The translations under genes and the position numbers were made by a program. Source: an uncultured Elusimicrobia bacterium (GTDB lineage Bacteria; Elusimicrobiota; Elusimicrobia; UBA1565; UBA9628). From it: a DNA stretch of 62,662 nt. Location of the stretch: NCBI GenBank assembly GCA_964374095.1, contig CAYJXJ010000004.1:1-62662 (forward strand), in the 5' to 3' direction. The notes below the pieces were generated by a model. It was not told the origin of the DNA and searched no databases. It worked only from the letters and a program-made list of their open reading frames with translations. Of the stretch, positions 8,594-18,213 are shown in pieces; positions within the stretch are counted from its first letter, which is position 1, and every line of letters starts with the position of its first letter.

Positions 8594-10121
8594 GGCCGTT
8601 TTTCTCATCGCCGCGGCCGAACTCGTCGCCTTCGGCCTCCTCGCCCCCCGGCTGGGATTCTACTCCGACGACTGGACGTTCCTCGAGAAGGGCTTCGGCG
8701 GAGCCCGCGGCCTGGCCGCCGCCGTCTCGGCCTTCGCCGCCGGGGGGTATTGGACCCGGCCGGTCCAGATCCTGCAGTTTCCCTCCGCCATCGCCCTCGG
8801 ACGGCTCGATCCCTTCCCCTATCAAGTCCTGATGGTGCTCGGCGACGCGGCGGCCGCCTTGCTCTTCTTCCGGCTGTTGGACCGCCTGCTCGGATCGCGC
8901 GAGCTCGCGTCGGCCGCCGCGGTGCTGGCCCTGCTCTACCCCAACCGCGCCGCCGCCCATTTTTGGTTCGCCGCTTCCTCCCAAACCGTGGCGATCATGC
9001 TCGCGCTCGCGAGCCTCCTGTTCTTCCTGGGCTTCGTGAACCGCCGATCGCGCGCGGCGCTTCTGGCGGGACTCGCCCTCTATGTCGCGGCGGTCTTGAG
9101 CTATGAATCCGTGGCGTTCCTGCCGCTGCTGGTCGGAGGGGCGCAGGTGATGCGCTCACGCGAGACGGGGAGGGATTGGGGAAAGGCACTGCGGGACGGT
9201 ATGGCGCCTCTGTGGCCCTACCTCGCGGCGCTTTTGGCGGCCATCGCCTTGCAGGCGATGGCCGCCAAAATGCAGGGCTACAACCCCAAATCCGCCGGCC
9301 TGTCGCTGGGCCATGCCTTGAAGGTTTTCGGAGCCGGGTTCGAGTGCCTCACCAACCGGACCCTCCACGTCTGCTGGAAAACCCTTCCGGCGGTGATGCG
9401 GGAATCGGGGCCGTCGTCCTGGGGGATCTGGGTGGGCTTCTCCCTGGGCGGGGCCGCGGCGCTGCGGCTCGGCGGCATTCCCGCGCAGGTCCTGCGTCTC
9501 GCCGCCGGGGCCGCGGCGGGAGGCTTCATCGGCGCCTATCTCCCCTACGCCCTCTCCTCCAGCTACGTGCCCCAGGTGTTCGGCCCTTTGAGCCGCGGCA
9601 ACGGGGTCGGCGCCTTGATCGGCGGTTTGGGATTGGCCGCGGCCCTCGCGGCCGCCGCCCGGAAAGCCCCTCGAGCGGCCATCGGCGCGAGCGCGCTGGC
9701 GGTGTGGGCCTTCACGGGAGCCGACTGGGGACAGGCCCGGGTTTGGGCCCGAGTCTGGGAGGCCGAGCGCGCCATCTTGGCATCCGTGTCGCCTCAAGCG
9801 CGGCATCTGCCGCGGGGTTCGGTGGTCGTGCTGGAAGAGACCCCGCGAACGGACCGGCCGGCGGCCTTCAACGACCATTACGACTTCGCCGCCGCCCTGC
9901 GCCTGTGGGCCATGCGGCCCGACCTGCAAGGCGAGGTCCGCTCCCCGCGTCTGACGATGGAAGCGCGGGGAGTGGTCGTGCGCGGCGAGGACGGCTCCGA
10001 GCGACGGCATGAGTATGCCCGGACCTATCTTTACCGCGAGGAGACCGGTTCCCTGGAATCACTCAGGAAGCCTTCGCCGACTTACCCACCGGATTTGGAA
10101 CGTCCCAAGTCCGGTGGATAA
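8586..10121 (+). CDS. polytopic membrane protein, GT-C-like candidate partner of the GT2
   Basis: About 10 hydrophobic segments followed by a ~130-aa soluble C-terminus. TTG 8586 overlaps the GT2 stop by 8 nt. No specific family motif recognised. Confidence 0.55.
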   Translation: MIRAVFLIAAAELVAFGLLAPRLGFYSDDWTFLEKGFGGARGLAAAVSAFAAGGYWTRPVQILQFPSAIALGRLDPFPYQVLMVLGDAAAALLFFRLLDRLLGSRELASAAAVLALLYPNRAAAHFWFAASSQTVAIMLALASLLFFLGFVNRRSRAALLAGLALYVAAVLSYESVAFLPLLVGGAQVMRSRETGRDWGKALRDGMAPLWPYLAALLAAIALQAMAAKMQGYNPKSAGLSLGHALKVFGAGFECLTNRTLHVCWKTLPAVMRESGPSSWGIWVGFSLGGAAALRLGGIPAQVLRLAAGAAAGGFIGAYLPYALSSSYVPQVFGPLSRGNGVGALIGGLGLAAALAAAARKAPRAAIGASALAVWAFTGADWGQARVWARVWEAERAILASVSPQARHLPRGSVVVLEETPRTDRPAAFNDHYDFAAALRLWAMRPDLQGEVRSPRLTMEARGVVVRGEDGSERRHEYARTYLYREETGSLESLRKPSPTYPPDLERPKSGG

Positions 10122-10132
10122 CCCCGCGTCGA

Positions 10133-11110
10133 TCAAAGCCCGCGCGCGCGCAGGTCGTGGATTTGGAGCATCCCGACCGCCCGGCCGCGGTCGACGACCG
10201 GAAGGACGTTGAAAGGCTTGCCGCGGTTCTTCATGATCTCGACGGCTCGGGAGACGCTCTCCCGGGGGGCGATCGTGATCGGTTTGGGGTTCATGATCCG
10301 CCGGATGCTGGATTTCATGACATCCCCCCCGCGCTCGAGGGCGCGCCGCAGGTCGTAGTCGGTCACCAGGCCCACGAACCGGCCCCTGCCGTCGGTCACC
10401 GAGACCGCCCCGGCATGAAAGCGCGTCAGCGCTACCAACAACTCGCGGATGGCATCATCCCGGCCGACGACCGGGTTGTCCTCGCCCCCGCGCATCACGT
10501 CGGCGACGGTGAGGCTCAGCCTCCGCCCCAAACGCCCCGCCGGGTGATTGCGCGCGAAGTGCTCGGCCCGGAAGTCGCGCAGCTTCATGAGGGCCACGGC
10601 CAGCCCGTCGCCGGCGGCCAAGGCCGCGGTGGTGCTGCACGTCGGCGCGAGGTTCAAGGGACACGCCTCGTCCTCGACGGGAGTCAGAAGGACCAGGCCC
10701 GCCTGGCGGGCGAGGGTGGACTTCGGGTTGGCGGTCAGGGCGATGAGCCGGGCGCCGATCGAAACGATGCCTGGCAAGAGGCGGCTGATCTCGTCGGATT
10801 CCCCCGACTTGCCCACGACCAGCACCACGTCATGACGCGACACCACCCCCAACCCCCCGTGCGCGGCCTCGGCGGGGGAAAGATACAGCGCCGGGGTGCC
10901 CGTGGATGAGAGCGTGGCCGCGATCTTCTGGGCCACCAGCCCGGACTTGCCGACGCCGGTGAGGATCACCTTGCCGCGGCACTCCAGCATCCACCGGGCC
11001 GCCCGGTCGTAGGCGCCGTCCACGGCCTTGGCCACGCGCGCGAGGGCCTGGGCCTCCAAAAGGATGACGCGCCGGACCTCCCGGGAAACTTTGAAATTGG
11101 ACCGCGACAT
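10133..11110 (-). CDS. kpsF: arabinose-5-phosphate isomerase (SIS + tandem CBS), KpsF/GutQ family
   Basis: GVGKSGLVAQKIAATLSSTGTPA SIS motif, two CBS repeats at the C-terminus. Confidence 0.9.
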   Translation of the reverse strand: MSRSNFKVSREVRRVILLEAQALARVAKAVDGAYDRAARWMLECRGKVILTGVGKSGLVAQKIAATLSSTGTPALYLSPAEAAHGGLGVVSRHDVVLVVGKSGESDEISRLLPGIVSIGARLIALTANPKSTLARQAGLVLLTPVEDEACPLNLAPTCSTTAALAAGDGLAVALMKLRDFRAEHFARNHPAGRLGRRLSLTVADVMRGGEDNPVVGRDDAIRELLVALTRFHAGAVSVTDGRGRFVGLVTDYDLRRALERGGDVMKSSIRRIMNPKPITIAPRESVSRAVEIMKNRGKPFNVLPVVDRGRAVGMLQIHDLRARGL

Positions 11111-11146
11111 AGGCCTTAGATTCTATTAAATTTCACACCGGCGAGT

Positions 11147-11175
11147 TTGCTCCCCCGTCGAAAAACTGGTATAAT
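11147..11175 (+). promoter_or_regulatory. sigma70-type promoter with extended -10 (TTGCTC-17-TGgTATAAT)
   Basis: -35 at 11147-11152 and perfect TATAAT at 11170-11175 preceded by TGG, in an AT-rich divergent intergenic region ahead of the 11251 operon. Confidence 0.5.
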
Positions 11176-11250
11176 CCATGTCGCTTTCCCGATGAGAGCG
11201 GCGCGCGCAGCGCCGCCGGCCGAACGCTCCGGGATCGATAAAATCCAGCC

Positions 11251-12252
11251 ATGAGAGTCCTTGTCACCGGCGCGGCCGGCTATGTGGGATGCGTCCTGAC
11301 CCCCCAATTGCTGGAGACGGGCCATGCCGTCGTCGCCTACGACTCCATGCTCTACGGGGCCGAAGGCCTGCCGGTGCACCCCCGACTCGAAGTCCTCCGG
11401 GCCGATATCCGCGACACCGCGCGGCTGGCCGCCGCGATGCGCGGCGCCGAGGCGGTCATCCACCTGGCCTGCATCTCCAACGACCCTTCTTTCGAACTCG
11501 ACCCCGCCATGGGGCGCGGCGTCAACTTCGACTGCTTCGAACCCATGGTCTTGGCGGCCAAGAAGGCGGGGGCGCGGCGCTTCATCTACGCCTCGTCGAG
11601 CTCGGTCTACGGGATCAGCGAGCAGCCCGACGTCGACGAGAGCCATCCCCTGCGCCCCTTGACCGACTACAGCCGCTTCAAGGCCGCCTGCGAGCCGATC
11701 CTCCTGCGCGAGGGCACCGCGGATTTCGCCGTCACCGTGATCCGCCCGGCCACGGTCTGCGGCTATTCCCCCCGCACCCGGCTCGATCTTACCGTGAACA
11801 TCCTCACCAACCTCGCGGTCAACAACGGCCGCATCACGGTCTTCGGCGGATCCCAGAAGCGCCCCAACCTCCACATCGCGGACATGGCCGACCTCTACAG
11901 CCTGCTCCTCGAACTCCCCGCGGCCAGGATCGCGGGCAAGGTCTACAACGCCGGCTACCAGAACCATTCAGTCGCCGACATCGCCGCGATGGTCAAGGGC
12001 GTGGTGGCGCGTGAGTTTCCCGGACGCCCCCCGATCAGCATCCAGACCAGCCCGACCGACGACTTGAGGTCCTATCACATCTCGTCGAAGAAGATCGCCG
12101 CGGAGCTGGGATTCAGCCCGCGCCGCTCGGTCTCGGACGCCGTCGCCGATCTGTGCCGCGCCTTCAAGGCCGGCCGGCTCCCCGACAGCCTCGCCGACGA
12201 ACGCTACTTCAACGTCCGCCGCATGAGATCGCTGGCGGGAACGCCCGCATGA
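11251..12252 (+). CDS. SDR NAD-dependent sugar epimerase/dehydratase
   Basis: MRVLVTGAAGYVG Rossmann motif, SSSSVYG, YSRFKAACE (YxxxK). Confidence 0.85.
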   Translation: MRVLVTGAAGYVGCVLTPQLLETGHAVVAYDSMLYGAEGLPVHPRLEVLRADIRDTARLAAAMRGAEAVIHLACISNDPSFELDPAMGRGVNFDCFEPMVLAAKKAGARRFIYASSSSVYGISEQPDVDESHPLRPLTDYSRFKAACEPILLREGTADFAVTVIRPATVCGYSPRTRLDLTVNILTNLAVNNGRITVFGGSQKRPNLHIADMADLYSLLLELPAARIAGKVYNAGYQNHSVADIAAMVKGVVAREFPGRPPISIQTSPTDDLRSYHISSKKIAAELGFSPRRSVSDAVADLCRAFKAGRLPDSLADERYFNVRRMRSLAGTPA

Positions 12253-13277
12253 GACGAAAGACCCTCCGCGCCGTCGTGACCGGAGGCGCCGGCTTCATCG
12301 GCAGCCACCTCGTGGAGAGGCTGCTCGCCGACGGCCACCGCGTCACCGTGGTCGACAACTTCGCCACGGGCCGACGGTCGAACCTGGCGGAAGCCTCCCG
12401 GCACGGCCGCCTGCGGGTCGTCGAAGCCGACGTGACGGACGCCGGGAAAATGACCGGAGCCCTGCGCGGGACCGACTGGGTCTTCCATCTCGCCGCCCTG
12501 GCCGACATCGTTCCCTCGATCGAGCGGCCGACCGAGTATTTCAGGGCCAACGTGGTCGGGACCCAGACCGTCCTGGAGGCCGCGCGGGCCGCCGGGGTCC
12601 GGAGGTTCCTCTACGCCGCGTCCTCCTCCTGCTACGGCATCCCCGAGGCTTTCCCGACCCCCGAGACCGCCCCCATCCGCCCCCAGTACCCCTACGCCCT
12701 GACCAAATACCTCGGCGAGGAGCTGGTCCGCCACTGGGGGCAGGTCTATCGCATGCCCACGGTGTCCTTGCGTCTGTTCAACGTCTACGGCCCCCGGTCG
12801 AGGACTTCGGGAACGTATGGGGCGGTCTTCGGGATATTTTTGGCCCAGAAACTAAGCGGCCGGCCCTTTACGGTTGTTGGGGACGGACATCAAACACGTG
12901 ACTTTACCTTCGTCACGGATGTTGCCGAAGCCTTTGTGCAAGCGTCGGCCTCGCCGGCGGCCGCCGGCGAGGTGCTTAACGTCGGCTCGGGCTCCACGTA
13001 CAGCGTCAATCGCCTGGTCGAACTCTTGGGCGGGACGAAGGTCCACCTCCCCAAACGACCCGGCGAACCCGATTGCACCTTCGCCGACACCGCTCGAATC
13101 CGCCGGGTCCTGCGCTGGGCCCCGAAAGTCGCCTTCGAGGACGGGGTGGGACGGATGCTGGCGCGCCTCTCGGACTGGCGCGACGCCCCCGTTTGGACGC
13201 CAAAATCGATCGACCAGGCCACCAAGACCTGGTTCCGCCATCTCCAATCCCCCGAGAGGAATCACGCACATGCCTAA
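12249..13277 (+). CDS. SDR NAD-dependent sugar epimerase (GalE/UXS-like)
   Basis: VVTGGAGFIGSHL, SSSCYG, YALTKYLGE (YxxxK). ATG 12249 overlaps the upstream stop (ATGA). The ORF-track start 12153 is a run-on. Confidence 0.85.
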   Translation: MRRKTLRAVVTGGAGFIGSHLVERLLADGHRVTVVDNFATGRRSNLAEASRHGRLRVVEADVTDAGKMTGALRGTDWVFHLAALADIVPSIERPTEYFRANVVGTQTVLEAARAAGVRRFLYAASSSCYGIPEAFPTPETAPIRPQYPYALTKYLGEELVRHWGQVYRMPTVSLRLFNVYGPRSRTSGTYGAVFGIFLAQKLSGRPFTVVGDGHQTRDFTFVTDVAEAFVQASASPAAAGEVLNVGSGSTYSVNRLVELLGGTKVHLPKRPGEPDCTFADTARIRRVLRWAPKVAFEDGVGRMLARLSDWRDAPVWTPKSIDQATKTWFRHLQSPERNHAHA

Positions 13278-14874
13278 GACGCGCGCGAAGTCGCGCCGAA
13301 CTTCCAAGCCGGCCCCCGCCGCATCGGCCCCGTCGCTCAACGGGCATCCATCCCGCACCGCGAATAAGATCAAACCCCTGCGCGAACTGGCCGCCATCGT
13401 CTCGGACCTCAGAAAGAAGGGACGCCAGATCGCCCTTTGCCACGGGGTCTTCGACCTCATCCACCCCGGGCATATCGTGCATTTCAAGGACGCGCGCCGG
13501 CACGGAGACCTCGTCGTCGTGACCGTGACCCCCGACCGCTACGTCAACAAGGGTCCGGGGCGGCCGTTGTTCCACCAGCAGCTGCGCATGGAAACCCTGG
13601 CCGCCCTCGAGCACGTGGACTTCGTCGCGCTCAACGAATGGCCCACCGCTACCGAGACCATCCGCCTGCTCAAGCCCCATGTCTACGTCAAGGGCGGCGA
13701 GTACTCCGACCCCAACTCCGACCTCACGGGGCAGATCGCCAACGAGGAGGCCTCGATCCGCTCCATCGGCGGACGCGTCGTTTTCACCGAGGGCTTCACG
13801 TCCAGTTCGAGCCACCTCATCAACCGCTTCTTCAGCGCCTACCCCGCCCAAACTCAGGAGTACCTCGCGGACCTGCGCACGCGCTTTTCCACGGACCAGA
13901 TTCTCGGCTCGCTCAAGGCCCTTGCGGACCTCGAGGTGCTGGTGGTGGGAGAAGCCATCATCGACCAGTACTCCTACTGCCTGCCCATGGGCAAGTCTCC
14001 AAAAGAGGCGGTGGTGGCCACGCGCTTCGTCTCCGATGAGCTCTTCGCCGGCGGGGCCGTGGCGACGGCCAACCACCTGGCGGGCTTCTGCCGCAACGTC
14101 ACCTACGCGACCGCGCTGGGCCCCAGCGAGGAGGACGCGGCATTCCTGAAGAGCAAGCTCCGCGCCAACGTGCGCCTGGAGGCCATCAGGCTTGACGACC
14201 GCCCCACGGTCCGAAAGACCCGCTTCGTCGACCCCAACTACATCACCAAGATGTTCGAGATTCAGTTTCTCGACGACAGCCCCCTGCCGGAAGCCGCCCA
14301 GACGGGGCTCGCCCGCCTGCTGGAGATGGAAACGAAGCGCCACGACCTCATTGTGGTCAATGACTTCGGGCATGGCCTGCTTCCCGAGGGGTTGCGGGAC
14401 ACTCTCAGCTCCGGCGGCAAATTTCTGGCCCTCAACACCCAGTCCAACGCCGCCAACCACGGCTACAACACCGCCACCAATTACCGGCGGGCCGACTTCG
14501 TCTCCATCGACGAGCCCGAGCTGCGCCTGGCCGCCCGCAACAAGTTCGGCGAGGCCCGGGACTTGGCCGCGAAGCTCCGCGACCACCTCCAGGCCGCGAC
14601 CTTCCTGGTAAGCCTGGGGCGCCACGGCTCGATCGTGCTCACCGGAAACGGTTGGATCCAGGCCCCCGCCCTGGCGACCCGTATCGTCGATCGCACCGGG
14701 GCCGGCGACGCGCTCTTCGCGGTGACCTCTCCCCTGGCGTTTCGCGGCGTCGATCCCGAGATACTCGCCTTTATCGGCAACTGCGTCGGGGCCATGGCCG
14801 TCGAGATCGTCTGCAACCGGGAGCCGATCAACCCCGTGGCGCTCCAAAAATTCATCACCACCCTGTTGAAGTGA
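13270..14874 (+). CDS. bifunctional nucleotidyltransferase (N-terminal, HxGH) / PfkB-family sugar kinase (C-terminal); HldE/RfaE-like with reversed domain order
   Basis: CHGVFDLIHPGHIVHF cytidylyltransferase-superfamily motif at the N-terminus. PfkB signature DRTGAGDALFAV near the C-terminus. ATG 13270 overlaps the upstream gene by 8 nt. Confidence 0.8.
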   Translation: MPKTRAKSRRTSKPAPAASAPSLNGHPSRTANKIKPLRELAAIVSDLRKKGRQIALCHGVFDLIHPGHIVHFKDARRHGDLVVVTVTPDRYVNKGPGRPLFHQQLRMETLAALEHVDFVALNEWPTATETIRLLKPHVYVKGGEYSDPNSDLTGQIANEEASIRSIGGRVVFTEGFTSSSSHLINRFFSAYPAQTQEYLADLRTRFSTDQILGSLKALADLEVLVVGEAIIDQYSYCLPMGKSPKEAVVATRFVSDELFAGGAVATANHLAGFCRNVTYATALGPSEEDAAFLKSKLRANVRLEAIRLDDRPTVRKTRFVDPNYITKMFEIQFLDDSPLPEAAQTGLARLLEMETKRHDLIVVNDFGHGLLPEGLRDTLSSGGKFLALNTQSNAANHGYNTATNYRRADFVSIDEPELRLAARNKFGEARDLAAKLRDHLQAATFLVSLGRHGSIVLTGNGWIQAPALATRIVDRTGAGDALFAVTSPLAFRGVDPEILAFIGNCVGAMAVEIVCNREPINPVALQKFITTLLK

Positions 14875-16991
14875 AGCCAAGCCTGAGAGCCGCTCGCTCC
14901 GCCGGCGCCGTCGTCGTCCAGAAATCCCGGCCCCGCCCGGATATGAAGGGGCTTTTTCGCGCCATGCTGCGAATCCGCATGATCGAGGAGAAAATCGCCG
15001 CGCTCTACCCGGAGCAGGAGATGCGCTGCCCGGTGCATCTCTCCATCGGCCAAGAGGCCACGGCCGTCGGAGTCTGCGCCGCCCTGCGGTCCTCGGATCT
15101 CGTCATGAGCAGCCACCGCTCGCACGGCCACTTCCTGGCCAAGGGCGGCGACTTGAAATCCATGCTGGCCGAGCTCTACGGCAAGCGCACGGGCTGCGCC
15201 GGCGGCAAGGGCGGGTCCATGCATTTCGTCGACCGGCCCGCGGGTTTCCTGGGGGCGACCCCCATCGTCGGGAGCACCATCCCCATCGCGGTCGGCGCGG
15301 CCCTCGCCGCGGCGCGCCGCGGCGAGGATCGGGTCGTCGTGGCCTTCTTCGGCGAGGCCGCGACGGAGGAGGGCGTGTTCCACGAGGCCGTCAATTTCGC
15401 GGCCCTCCACAAGCTTCGGGTGGTCTTTGCCTGCGAGAACAACCTCTACTCCGTCTACTCGCCCCTGTCCGTGCGCCAACCCGGAGGCCGGAGCGTCTCC
15501 GACCTCGCCCGCGGGCACGGACTCAAGACCCTCTCTTGCGAAGGCAACGACGTGATCGCCGTGTCCGAAACCTCCGCCGAGGCCGTCCGGTCGGCCCGGT
15601 CGGGAGCCGGCCCGGTCTTTATCGAGATGTCGACCTATCGCTGGCGCGAGCACTGCGGCGCCAACTACGACAACAATATCGGCTACCGCGAGGAAGCCGA
15701 ATTCCTCGCATGGAAGGAGAAATGCCCCGTCTCGGCGTTCCAAAAGCGGGGGTTCGACGAGGGTTGGCTGACGCCGCCCCAGCTCTCGGCCATGGAACGG
15801 GAGCTTTCCCTGGAGATTTCGGAGGCCGTTCGCTTCGCCAAGGACAGCCCCTTTCCCGGCCCGGAGGAGCTCATGAACCGGGTCTACGCTCCGGCGGACG
15901 CGGCTCCCGCCGCGGCTTCAGGGAGGAAGGGAGCGAAAGGGACGCGGGAACTGCGGTTCTTCGAAGCCCTGCGCGAGGCGACCGAACTGGCCATGGAGGC
16001 GGATCCTTCGGTCTATGTCATGGGGCTCGGGGTGCCCGATCCCAAAGGCGTGTTTGGAACCACGCTGGGGCTGCAGCGAACATTCGGCGCGGACCGGGTC
16101 CTCGACATGCCCACCTCCGAGAACGGCATGACGGGGGTCGCCATCGGGTCGGCCCTCCTGGGCCTGAGGCCCATCCTCGTTCACCAACGCGGGGACTTCG
16201 CCATCCTCTCCATGGAGCAGTTGGTCAATCAAGCGGCCAAGTGGCATTCGATGTTCGACGGCAAGACGCGCGTGCCCCTCGTCGTGCGCATGGTCGTGGG
16301 CCGGGGCTGGGGGCAGGGCGCGCAGCATTCCCAGAGCCTCCAAAGCTGGTTCGCCCACATCCCGGGGCTCAAGGTCGTCATGCCCTCCACCCCCTCCGAC
16401 GCCAAGGGGCTGCTGCTCTCCTCCATCTGGGACGGCAATCCGGTCATCTTCATCGAACACCGCTGGCTGCACGGCGTCCGCGGCCCCGTCCCGGAGGGGC
16501 TCACCCTCGAGCCTCTCGGCAAGGCTCGCGTGCTGCGGCCGGGGCGTGACGTGACGCTCCTGGGGGTTTCCTACATGACGCTGGAATCCCTGCGCGCCGC
16601 CGAGTACCTCGCGGCCGAGGGAGTGGACGCCGAGGTGGTGGATGTTAGGACCGTGCGGCCTCTTGATGAAGCGGCGATACTAATCTCGTTGCGAAAGACA
16701 GGAAGGCTGATCGTGGCCGACACTGGTTGGCTGACGGCAGGTTTCGCGGCCGAGGCTATTGCCGTGGCGGCTGAGAAGGGCTTCGCATCATTGCAGGCGC
16801 CGCCACGGCGGCTAGGGCTGTCGGACTGTCCCGTCCCATCGACGCCGGCCCTGGCCAATCTCTGCTACCCGCACGCCTGGGACATCGCCGTCGCGGCCTT
16901 GGAGACCTTGGGGCGCAAGCCCAAAGCCGCGCCGCCCAAGCCCACGGGCCCGTTGGACGTGCCCGATCCGTCCTTCACGGGGCCCTTCTGA
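14871..16991 (+). CDS. fused TPP-dependent 2-oxoacid dehydrogenase E1 alpha + E1 beta
   Basis: Alpha part: RIRMIEEKIA, HLSIGQEA, GKGGSMH. Beta part: LDMPTSENGMTGVAIGSAL, HSQSLQSWFAHIPGLKVVMPS. One uninterrupted frame. GTG 14871 (GTGA overlap) or ATG 14943 as start. Confidence 0.85.
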   Translation: MKPSLRAARSAGAVVVQKSRPRPDMKGLFRAMLRIRMIEEKIAALYPEQEMRCPVHLSIGQEATAVGVCAALRSSDLVMSSHRSHGHFLAKGGDLKSMLAELYGKRTGCAGGKGGSMHFVDRPAGFLGATPIVGSTIPIAVGAALAAARRGEDRVVVAFFGEAATEEGVFHEAVNFAALHKLRVVFACENNLYSVYSPLSVRQPGGRSVSDLARGHGLKTLSCEGNDVIAVSETSAEAVRSARSGAGPVFIEMSTYRWREHCGANYDNNIGYREEAEFLAWKEKCPVSAFQKRGFDEGWLTPPQLSAMERELSLEISEAVRFAKDSPFPGPEELMNRVYAPADAAPAAASGRKGAKGTRELRFFEALREATELAMEADPSVYVMGLGVPDPKGVFGTTLGLQRTFGADRVLDMPTSENGMTGVAIGSALLGLRPILVHQRGDFAILSMEQLVNQAAKWHSMFDGKTRVPLVVRMVVGRGWGQGAQHSQSLQSWFAHIPGLKVVMPSTPSDAKGLLLSSIWDGNPVIFIEHRWLHGVRGPVPEGLTLEPLGKARVLRPGRDVTLLGVSYMTLESLRAAEYLAAEGVDAEVVDVRTVRPLDEAAILISLRKTGRLIVADTGWLTAGFAAEAIAVAAEKGFASLQAPPRRLGLSDCPVPSTPALANLCYPHAWDIAVAALETLGRKPKAAPPKPTGPLDVPDPSFTGPF

Positions 16992-17094
16992 TGAATCGCG
17001 TATCAGCTCCCTTGCGAGGGATGGCCCCGGCCGGTCACCTCGAACTCCGCCCGGGCGGAGTTCACCAGGCCTGCCCCCGGGTCCGGGTCCCCCG

Positions 17095-18213
17095 ATGAAG
17101 GCTCTCTCGGCCCGCAAGGTTCCTTACGTGGACCTCGCGGCTCAGCACGCCCCGCTGCGAGAGGAGCTCCTGGAAGCCGCGGGGCGGGTGATTTCGCACG
17201 GCCAGTTCATACTCGGCCCGGAGGTCGCGCGGTTCGAGGAGCGATTCGCCAAGCTCTGCCGGACGCGCTACGCCGTGGGCGTGGCCAACGGGACCGACGC
17301 CCTGGGGCTGGCCCTGCGGGCGCTGGGCATCGGGCCGGGAGACGAGGTCATTACCGCGCCCAACTCCTTCGTGGCCTCGGCCTCGGCCGTCGCTCTCGTC
17401 GGGGCGCGGCCGGTATTTTCCGACGTCGGGCCGGACTATAATCTCGATCCCAAGGCGGTCGAACGCGCGGTGACGTCGCGCACAAAGGCCATCCTCCCCG
17501 TCCACCTCACGGGAAGGCCGGCGGACATGGACGCTCTCATGGGGCTCGCCAAGGCCAATGGCCTGCGCGTCGTGGAAGACTGCGCGCAGGCCGTGCTCGC
17601 CGAGTACAAGGGCCGCCGCGTCGGCTCCTTCGGGAGCTTCGGCGCCTTCAGCCTCCACCCTCTCAAAACCTTGAACGCCTGCGGCGACGGCGGCGTTCTC
17701 ACCACCAACGACGAAGGCCTCTACCGAAAAGCCCTGGCCCTGCGCAACATCGGGTTGGAGACGCGGGATCGGTGCGTGGCCTGGTCCGGGAACAGCCGCC
17801 TGGATACGATCCAGGCGGCATTCCTGCTGGTAAAGCTCAAGCACCTCGAAAAATGGACGGAAGCGAGGCAAAAAAACGCGGCCTACTATCAGAAGGCCCT
17901 CGACGGAGTCGAAGGCCTGATCATCCCGACGGACCGACCCCATGAGAAAGCCGTTTTTCATACGTTTGTCGTGATGTCCGAGCGCCGGGACGCCCTCAAA
18001 GCGTTCCTGGCGGAACGCGGCATCGGGACCTCGATCCACTACCCCGTGCCGATCCATCTTCAGCCCGCGGCGGCGGCGTTGGGCTACAAGGCCGGGGATT
18101 TCCCCCAAGCGGAGCGGCAGGCCCGGCGCATACTGAGCCTTCCCGCGCACCACGAACTCTCCGAAGAGGACCTCGCCGCGGTCGCCGCCGCGGTCCGGGA
18201 GTTCCACCGATGA
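17095..18213 (+). CDS. DegT/DnrJ/EryC1/StrS-family sugar aminotransferase
   Basis: [10 protein letters not shown]..., [21 protein letters not shown] (PLP-lysine region). Confidence 0.9.
   Translation: MKALSARKVPYVDLAAQHAPLREELLEAAGRVISHGQFILGPEVARFEERFAKLCRTRYAVGVANGTDALGLALRALGIGPGDEVITAPNSFVASASAVALVGARPVFSDVGPDYNLDPKAVERAVTSRTKAILPVHLTGRPADMDALMGLAKANGLRVVEDCAQAVLAEYKGRRVGSFGSFGAFSLHPLKTLNACGDGGVLTTNDEGLYRKALALRNIGLETRDRCVAWSGNSRLDTIQAAFLLVKLKHLEKWTEARQKNAAYYQKALDGVEGLIIPTDRPHEKAVFHTFVVMSERRDALKAFLAERGIGTSIHYPVPIHLQPAAAALGYKAGDFPQAERQARRILSLPAHHELSEEDLAAVAAAVREFHR

Noticed and set aside
7013-8608. 531-aa ORF antisense to the cytidylyltransferase-like and GT2 genes. Similar long antisense or off-frame ORFs occur at 13006-14880 (624 aa), 20663-22198 (511 aa), 50684-52282 (532 aa), 17062-18207, 18084-19142, 45621-46721, 36855-37853 and elsewhere.
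   Set aside because: These are Arg/Gly/Pro/Ala-rich low-complexity translations with no motifs. They lie opposite ORFs that carry clear family signatures. Stop-poor shadow frames are expected in high-GC DNA.
17042-17063. Perfect 22-nt palindrome GAACTCCGCCCGGGCGGAGTTC between the E1 gene and the first DegT gene.
   Set aside because: It is short and GC-rich with no T-tract and no second copy noticed. Such palindromes arise easily in high-GC DNA. It may be a weak RNA hairpin at most.
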